From Vicugna vicugna (taxonomy: Eukaryota): a DNA stretch of 64,000 bases. Every line of letters starts with the position of its first letter. Positions within the stretch are counted from its first letter, which is position 1. This document shows, piece after piece, positions 49,101 to 64,000 of this stretch. The stretch covers positions 158,962 through 222,961 of the forward strand of contig MU058482.1 of the NCBI GenBank assembly GCA_013265495.1. Reading direction: 5' to 3'. Position numbers and translations under genes: made by a program. The notes under the pieces were generated by a model. The model saw only the letters and a list, made by a program, of their open reading frames with translations, was not told where the DNA came from and ran no database searches.

Positions 49101-52100
49101 AAGATGCAGAAGAACTTGACACAGCATAAATATGTGTGCCACCTCATGTGCGGCTCCTTATAGACCCAGCTTGGTTCTTCTCCAATGTCTTCTCTTGGAG
49201 TTGTACCTGATTTTATTACCAGTTTTCATTCAAATCCATTGGGGAATGGGACGATTCTGCTTTTGTTTCTTGGCCAGGAATCACCTGATCCTGAAAGTCT
49301 TGTGAGAAGACATGGCGAGGACCAAACTCAAGCGCACATAGGATGGCGGAGAAGAGAAGAGAGAGCCAGCATTTCTTTAAATAGTTTCCTGTGTAGATTA
49401 TTCATTTTAAAGAAATTTACTTTAATCCAACACCTACTTACTCAACAATACACTGGAACTATGGGTTATTAAAATAATTTAATTTTTCTTAAAAGCTGAC
49501 ATAGTAGAGAAAATTTTAACTATTCAGCCTGAAATCATTCATTGATTCTAATGTTATAAATACTTTTCCTAATTAAGGATAGGTATCTTTATGACTTATT
49601 TCTCCAGTGCTCAAAGCACAATGATCATTATTTAAGAGCCAATCTGAACGAGAGAAACAGAAAGATTAAATTCACTTAGGATTATAGAGCTTTCTTATCT
49701 CAGGCAATGATGTGATAACTGCTAAGCCTTCCTCTCTGGATACCTACTCTGTAACAATGATCATTACTTCTTATTTTACTGAGTTATAACTTATGTAAAG
49801 TACACAAATTTCACATACTGCTCAATGAATTTTTATATATGTAAACACTCAATTAACTACCACCCAGATAAAGATACAGAACATTTCCATCATTCTAAGA
49901 GATTTTCTCATGCTTCTTCCTAGTCAATACGCCCTCCCTTCTAATCAGGTACCACTATTCTGATTTCTATCACCATAGTTTAGTGTTGTCTATTCTTGAT
50001 CTTCATTTAAAAAAAAAACAAAATCATACAGTGTCTATTCTTTTTTGTCTGGCTTGTTTTACTCAACAATATATCTTTGAGATCACCCATGCTGCATTTA
50101 TTAGTAGTTCATTCTTTTTCGTTGCTGTGTAGTATCCTTTTCTAAAAATGTACCAATTTATAGACATTTGGGTTGCTTCCAGTGTTTATCTATATAAAGT
50201 TGCTGTGAACATACATGTTTTTGATTAATATATGCACTCATTTCTGTTATGTATATATCAAGGAGTGAAATTACCAGCTCACAGGGTAAAATATATGTTT
50301 ATCTTTAGTATATACTGCTTGTTTTCCAAAGTGGTTGGATCAGTTTGCACTCTTCCCAGCAATGACTGAGTTATCTACAACCTCACCAACTTTTGAAATT
50401 GTCAGTCTTTTTCATTTTCACCTTTCCAGTGGGTGTGCAATAGTATTTCATTATGATTTTTAACTGGTGAGTGATGATGACACTTTTTCATATGCCTAAT
50501 GGAAATTGGGATACCCTCTCTAATGAAGTGCAAGTTCAAATCTTTTCCTCGTTTTAAAACTGGATTCTTTATTTCACTCTGCAGAAGTATTTGATATATT
50601 CTGAGTCAGAAATATGTATTACAATATCCTTCCCCAGTCTGTGAAGTGCCTATTTAACTTCTTAATGATGTCTTTTGATGAAAAAGAATTCTTAATTTGA
50701 ATTTTTTTATGGGTAGCACTTTTGTGGACATTTCTTTTCCTTGCAAGAAAACTCTACAAATTACTCTTCTTCTAAAAGAAAATTTTTTAATATTATCTTT
50801 ACCTATTTCTAAGGTATATTTGGCGTGGCCCACATTAAGACCAGAAAAAACAAAAAGCACAAACCAATTAAAAGTTGTTTTCTTTTTAAAGAGAAGGAAA
50901 GGCAAAAAGTTATAATGAGGAGAAATGTTAACAATGATACAGCCTTAGGGTAAAGGAAGCCACTAAAATTTAGTTATGAGCTTCTTAGCAAAACAATTTT
51001 TTTTCCCTAAATTTCTTAAAGTCATAAAAGCAAAAACCAAGGATAGACTCAAACCTAGAAAGTTTCTTGATGAGGCCAATGTGAAATTTACAACACTCTA
51101 AATAATGAAATCAAACAATGGAGATATCACTCACAAGAAACTAGCAATGAGACTGCAAAGCATTAAATAAATTTTAGTTTTATATTGTTTCTAAATTTGC
51201 GGCTCATTTGAGTCACACTTTCCCCTACTTAGGAGAACGATAATAAATAGTAATAGCAACAAAGAAGTTTAAAAACTAGCAAATGCCCCTAGCCCATCTA
51301 ATTCTCATCCAAGAAAACATCAAAGTTTATTATAGGATAAGCTCATTCAACAACAATTGAGAATTCTTAAACAAGTTTATACTGTATAGCACAGGGAACT
51401 ATATTCAATATCTTGTAATAACCCATGCTGAAAAAGAATATGAAAATGAATACATGACTATGACTGAAGTATTGTGCTGTACACTAGAAACTGACACATG
51501 ATAAACTGACTATACTTCAATAAAAATATATTTTAAAAGATTTTTAATTGAGAATTATTGATACAAAAAAACTTTTACACCATGTTTGAAAAAAATCAGA
51601 ATCTTCAAAAGATAGTAAAAGTTCAAGACTTCAGTTTCTCAAAGACCGAGAAATTTTTTTGTCCGTTCCATCTTTCCCTTTTACCTTGCCTAAACAAATA
51701 ATACATATTTATATTATGACAATATTTCAACCAAAAGTTCTCCAGGAATACTAAGGGACCTCACCATGACCACTACTTCTACCTAACAACATCGTAAGAA
51801 ACTATTATTACAGCCATTTAACAGCTGGGGAAACTGTGACACACAGAAGTGAAGTAACCTGCCCAAACTCTGAGTCACTGGCAAAGAGAAACATTATGTT
51901 CTACTCAACTCCCTTCAAGTTTTCTGGCAAATATTTCCTTTCATCCTGTCACAAGCAAAACAAGGTAACACCATGTAAGTAATCATAACTATTAACCTAA
52001 AAAAAAAAAACACTGAGAAAGAAATTTAAGCGAAACAAAGACCCTTTCAACAGAGTACATTTCAAGAATGAACACATGTCCACGGTTAATCCCTGCTAGG

Positions 52101-52724
52101 TAAACTCCTCCACTCACCCCAGTTTCTTCGGCGGAAACATTTTCTCCCTGCCGAGATCCCCCAAGATTGTTGTAGTTATTTCTCCCCCACGAAAGGAGAC
52201 AATCCCACTCTGTATTCCAATCCAGAATCACTCTGAGATAGGCTCGTTGTTTTCAACGTCCTGCTTTTCGGATGACAGCAGCTTCCCGGGCCTCCCCCAT
52301 AGTCCTCACAGGCTCCGGAAGCAGCTGACACTTTTCTCCAAACATCAACCGCCGCCCCAGGTTCCCAGCCCCCCCCCCCCCCCCCCCCCCACCAATGCCT
52401 CTCGCCCTCCCCCCCGTAGCATCGGCAGCTCGTGCTCACCTCAGCCCCTGACAGGAAGGGGTGCGAGGGCCCTGTGATCGTCAGGTAATTGTCATTTCCT
52501 CCGGGAAACTGGAAACCAAAAGAAAGCCGCGGGTATAAGTTAGGAGAAGCAGGGAGTTAGCTCGGAGCGACGGATTCTGACCCCGACATTATGACAACAC
52601 TCCCCAAACCCCGCTCTCTCTCCCCTCCCGTCAGCCGCCTCGCCGCCCGGCTTCCCGTCTCTGCTTCATCCCCTCGGCCGCGCTCTCCCCCCAGCCTTCT
52701 CAGCGCTCAGGATCTTACCTCCAT
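40092..52724 (-). CDS. TOX4: TOX high mobility group box family member 4, 619 aa; complement(join(40092..40152,40812..40975,41944..42687,43055..43135,44304..44534,44848..45108,45986..46228,52440..52508,52719..52724))
   Basis: GT-AG introns with consistent phases; total 1860 nt. Contains [30 protein letters not shown] plus HMG box ([20 protein letters not shown]...), Q/P-rich region and C-terminal Cys motif ending NTVVFVK*. Confidence 0.97.
40812..40975 (-). CDS. TOX4: TOX4 exon 8
   Basis: [14 protein letters not shown]...[10 protein letters not shown]...[11 protein letters not shown]. Confidence 0.93.
41944..42687 (-). CDS. TOX4: TOX4 exon 7 (Gln/Pro-rich)
   Basis: [10 protein letters not shown]...DVVPE; within ORF 41905-42681. 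Confidence 0.95.
43055..43135 (-). CDS. TOX4: TOX4 exon 6 (HMG box end)
   Basis: [27 protein letters not shown]. Confidence 0.95.
43520..43925. mobile_element. MLT1-like (MaLR) LTR
   Basis: Ends aataaactgctg...ttaagccattaaattt...gcagcaacagataactgataca. Confidence 0.6.
44304..44534 (-). CDS. TOX4: TOX4 exon 5 (NLS and HMG box)
   Basis: [37 protein letters not shown]...EEQKQ. Confidence 0.95.
44848..45108 (-). CDS. TOX4: TOX4 exon 4
   Basis: [10 protein letters not shown]...EEFRR. Confidence 0.95.
45986..46228 (-). CDS. TOX4: TOX4 exon 3
   Basis: [17 protein letters not shown]...SGGLTM. Confidence 0.95.
48954..49366 (-). pseudogene. RPL39: Full-length processed pseudogene of ribosomal protein L39 (former CDS 49158-49313)
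   Basis: Translates [49 protein letters not shown]. Intronless, with a 5' pyrimidine (TOP-like) tract, a poly(A) tail and a 12-bp TSD cagcatttcttt (48942-48953 / 49367-49378). Confidence 0.95.
49770..50790 (-). mobile_element. Old L1M fragment
   Basis: Degenerate L1 3' and ORF2-end text (gttgctgtgaacat...ttttccaaagtggttg...ttcccagcaatg). Confidence 0.65.
51374..51530 (+). mobile_element. Young L1 3' end
   Basis: ctgtatagcacagggaactatattcaatatcttg...gactatacttcaataaaaa; flanking aattgagaatt repeated on both sides. Confidence 0.75.
52440..52508 (-). CDS. TOX4: TOX4 exon 2
   Basis: [23 protein letters not shown] flanked by ag/gt. Confidence 0.93.
52719..52724 (-). CDS. TOX4: TOX4 exon 1 coding part (ATG GAG)
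   Basis: AAGATGGAG|gtaag on the minus strand. Confidence 0.85.
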
Positions 52725-53123
52725 CTTCACACAACGGCTACTACCACGGCCTCAGGGCCCTCATCGATCCCACCGCCCCCACAGGACTCGGAACTGCCGT
52801 CATTTCCGCAAGGCCGTGCGTCGCTCTCCGCTGATTGGAAGGAGCGCCGTGGGGCTGTTGTCGGGAAGGCCGAGAGGACTGAAAACCTAGCTATCGCCCC
52901 CTGGTGCTTGGCGGGATAATGGCATGTAGGAGTGTGAGAGGCGTCCCTGGAGGTGATGTCTGGGTATTACCGTCGCTCAGACAGAAAGAGGATTTCGGAG
53001 GAGAGCAATAGAGACGTGATCTGGGCTAGAGGGGCCGGAGGTCGATAGATTGAGTGGCTAGAGGGACCGGAGGTAAGTGGCTGTGGAAATCGGGCGGACC
53101 CGGAATCCAGAGGAAACGGGACC
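52725..53123. promoter_or_regulatory. Bidirectional CpG-island promoter shared by TOX4 and RAB2B
   Basis: Divergent ATGs about 400 bp apart; CpG-rich; CCAAT box (attgg near 52834); CTCF-like cgccccctggtgc at 52895-52907. Confidence 0.85.
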
Positions 53124-61129
<8,006 letters not shown>

Positions 61130-61242
61130 TAAAATGTTATTTGTATAAGTAATAAGTGTTAGGGATCATCTAGGTAACCTAAGGACATTGAATCACTTGA
61201 GCCCCAAACTTTTTTGGTTTAGGTACATTTAGTGTCTCAGTT

Positions 61243-61930
61243 AAAAAAAAAATTATTGTGGTAAAAAGTATGTAACATAAAATTTACCATTTTAACCATT
61301 TTTAAGTGTACAGTTCTGTGGCATTAAGTATATTTACATTCTTCTGCAACCATCACCACCATCCATCTCCAGAACTTTTTCATCCCTCCAAACTGAAATT
61401 CTGTTCCTGTAAACACTAACTCCACGTTCCCCATCCCACCAGCTGGTAGCAACCAACATTTACTTTCTGTCTCTGGAAATTGACTACGCTAGGAACCTCT
61501 CATAAGTGGAATCATTCAATCTTTGTGTTTTGTTACTGGCTTATTTCTTTTAGCATAATGTCCTCAAGGTTTATCCATGCCGTAGCATGTGTCAGAATTT
61601 CCTTCCTTTTTGAGGCTGGATAGTAACCCATTGTATGTACTTACCACATTTTGTTTATTCATCCATTGATGGACACTTGGGTTGCTTCTTTTGGCTATTG
61701 TGAGTAATGCTGCTGTCAACATGAGCGTACAGATATCTCTTTGGGTCCCTGCTTTCAATTTTTTTGGGTATATACTTAAAAGTGGAATTGCTGGATCTTA
61801 CAGTAATTGGGTGTTAAATTTTTTGAGGTGCCACCGTGCTATTTTCTGTAGCAGCTGCACCATCCTAATATTACTACCAGTGATGACAAGGGTTCCAGTT
61901 TCCCCACAGCCTCACCAACATTTGTTATTC
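61243..61930 (-). mobile_element. L1M (L1MB-like) fragment
   Basis: Minus-strand ORF ...[15 protein letters not shown]...; typical L1 3' UTR. Confidence 0.8.
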
Positions 61931-62449
61931 TCAGAAAATTTTCTATGGCACCCATAAGCCAAAAGACATACCTACCAGTTTTGGTATTAAATAGTTAGAT
62001 GTAAACAGTGTAACAAGTGTTTTGTCGTAACAACTTAGTAACTGAAAAATGAAAAGCACAAATTAAAAGAAAAAGAATTTCTTATTTCATTCTTCGGTAG
62101 CCACAGTTAGTCATTGATGACCTGTGTAAGCCTGTCGAGCACAGCACAGCTCCTCAAACCTGGGAATCACGATTGGACGCTTCCATTCTCCTTTCTATTC
62201 CAAATTGATTTTTGTGCTTCTTGTCACAGCAACTGCCAAAAACTCGGCTTCACAAAGATGTGCATATGTTGAATGGAATCTGTCATAATCTGATGTTGAC
62301 ACCGCCATCTATATTAAAGCTTGTAATTCATGTTGTGTTCTGATGTTGAGGGTTGCTGTTTCCCTTGAATATTTAAGGTAACCCGGAGCACCCTTGTGAG
62401 TTTGTAGTCATGCCTTGTTTGAGAACTGTGACCGCAGACTACATGTACA

Positions 62450-63400
62450 CATTTACTGATTCAACCAATTTATGGAAAACCTACTATGTCCTAGACACTG
62501 TGCCAGACCCTGAGTGAGCAGGGTGAAAACAAAGTCATACCCTCACTCCCATGGACAATCTAGTGGGGATGTAGATAGTAAATACAAAATGATCTGTATC
62601 TGATTACAAATTGTGATAAATGCAGCGAAGGAAAAAAGGGGCACTATCAAAGAGAGTAGCAGGGTGCCTGTGTTTGATGTAGTGATATTTAAGCTGCAGT
62701 CTGAAGGAAGGGCAAGAGTTCAGGGGGCAGACTTTTTTTAAAAAGCTATCAAGTAGCGGGGACAAACGCTGAAAGCCTTGAACTGGGAAGAAGCTTGACA
62801 AGTTTATAATGTTGAAAAAAACCTGGTATGGTTGGACTGAATCAAAGGGGAATGCTGCAGGAGGAGGTTGGAAAGGAAAGCAGGGGCCAGAGCTCCTAGC
62901 ACTTGCAGGCTTGAGTGGGAGTTTGGGTTTTATTGTTAACGCAGTAGGAAGCATTCAGGAGTTTTAAGCAGAGAAGTCACTTGATCAGATTTTAGAGGAT
63001 CACCCTGGAGGGGAGCAAGTGTTGAAGTGGATCTCTGCTGCAGTAGTCCAAGTGAGAGAGTGGTGGATTGGACTAGGTTGATGACACTGGAGAGAGAGAA
63101 AAGGGTGATTTTTAAGGCCTATTTTGGAAGTGGGATGGATTAGGCATTCAGAGTAAAGGAGGAAAAGGTGTTAATGTCTTGGCTTTTGACTTGTGCCACT
63201 TATGGAGGTGTGGAAGCCTGGGACAGAATCAGGTTGGGGGAAAAGATCACATTCCATTTTGATGTACGTCTAAGGTGCCTTTTACACATCAAAATGGAAA
63301 TGAGGAACAGACAAACGGACAAACGGATCTGGAGCTTAGAGGAGCATCTGGGCCAGAGGTGCAAACTTGGGAGTGTTGCCATTTGGAGGGATAGTTCTTC
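62450..63400. mobile_element. L2 fragments
   Basis: cctactatgtcctagacactgtgc...; ttttaagcagagaagt...gatcagatttt; purine-rich L2 body. Confidence 0.55.
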
Positions 63401-64000
63401 CCTGGTCGTCACACAGCTGATGAATAATACATATACATTTTGTAGTTTTGTTGTTCTTTAATGGACTTACTCCTTGATTTTTTTTCCCATGGTGAAAAAC
63501 TGGCTCTATCTTCCTATTCTCCCATCACATAATTTTATCTATATCATTTTCTCTGAATCCTTCTTTTCCCTGGTGGCAGGCTGCTATTTATTATACACAT
63601 TAATAATGAGACTAGTGAGAGTTAAGGCGACTGTGTTCTCCTTATTCCTGGCTCTCTCTCTTCTTGTGGATTGCCTCCAGGAAAGAGGAAGACACTTAAC
63701 CACTATGAGATGGAAAATCTATGACTTTTCTACTTCCCAACAACTGAAATTTCCCTGCTTTAACTGGATCTCACTCAAAAAAGAAGCATAGGGCATAGGC
63801 CTTGAGTTACTATGGGTCTTGCCTAACCTTTTATAAACCCTTTTTTCTCTGTAATAGAGTAAGGTATTAGCCTCAACCATGCAGCAGCTGGCAAGAATCT
63901 GATCTGAAGATTTTCCAAGAGGCCATGGAAATCAGTAACCCTATACAAGAGAGCATCATACAGGATCTACATTCCTTATGGATTAACTGGCAGTTGAAAC

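Noticed and set aside
61944..62430. Possible ancient hAT-type DNA element in RAB2B intron 5
   Set aside because: Too degenerate to assign a family or boundaries without a repeat-library search.

Overview
Mammalian genomic DNA containing the conserved SALL2-METTL3-TOX4-RAB2B block. The young tRNA-derived SINEs and L1 3' ends look camelid-like (inference). SALL2 (+) has two alternative first coding exons (E1 7856-7928; E1A 15728-15794) spliced to a large zinc-finger exon (16057-19007), giving 1007 or 1005 aa. METTL3 (+, 11 coding exons, 27162-38796, 580 aa, DPPW motif intact) lies tail-to-tail with TOX4 (-, 9 coding exons, 52724-40092, 619 aa). TOX4 lies head-to-head with RAB2B (+, exons 1-5 visible from 53124; gene runs off the window). 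The rest is SINE/L1/L2/MIR/MER/MLT repeats, a full-length RPL39 retrocopy in TOX4 intron 2, microsatellites and a 143-N gap flanked by duplicated sequence. The most interesting signals are: (1) a hidden SALL1/3/4-type terminal exon in the SALL2 3' UTR (19338-19552), out of frame from its ancestral phase but in frame with an internal exon-2 donor; (2) an antisense AATAAA inside a METTL3 splice acceptor, implying TOX4/METTL3 3' overlap next to two short, retention-prone introns and a CTCF motif; (3) competing splice sites that would make poison or truncated METTL3 and RAB2B isoforms. No wholly new gene system could be supported from sequence alone.
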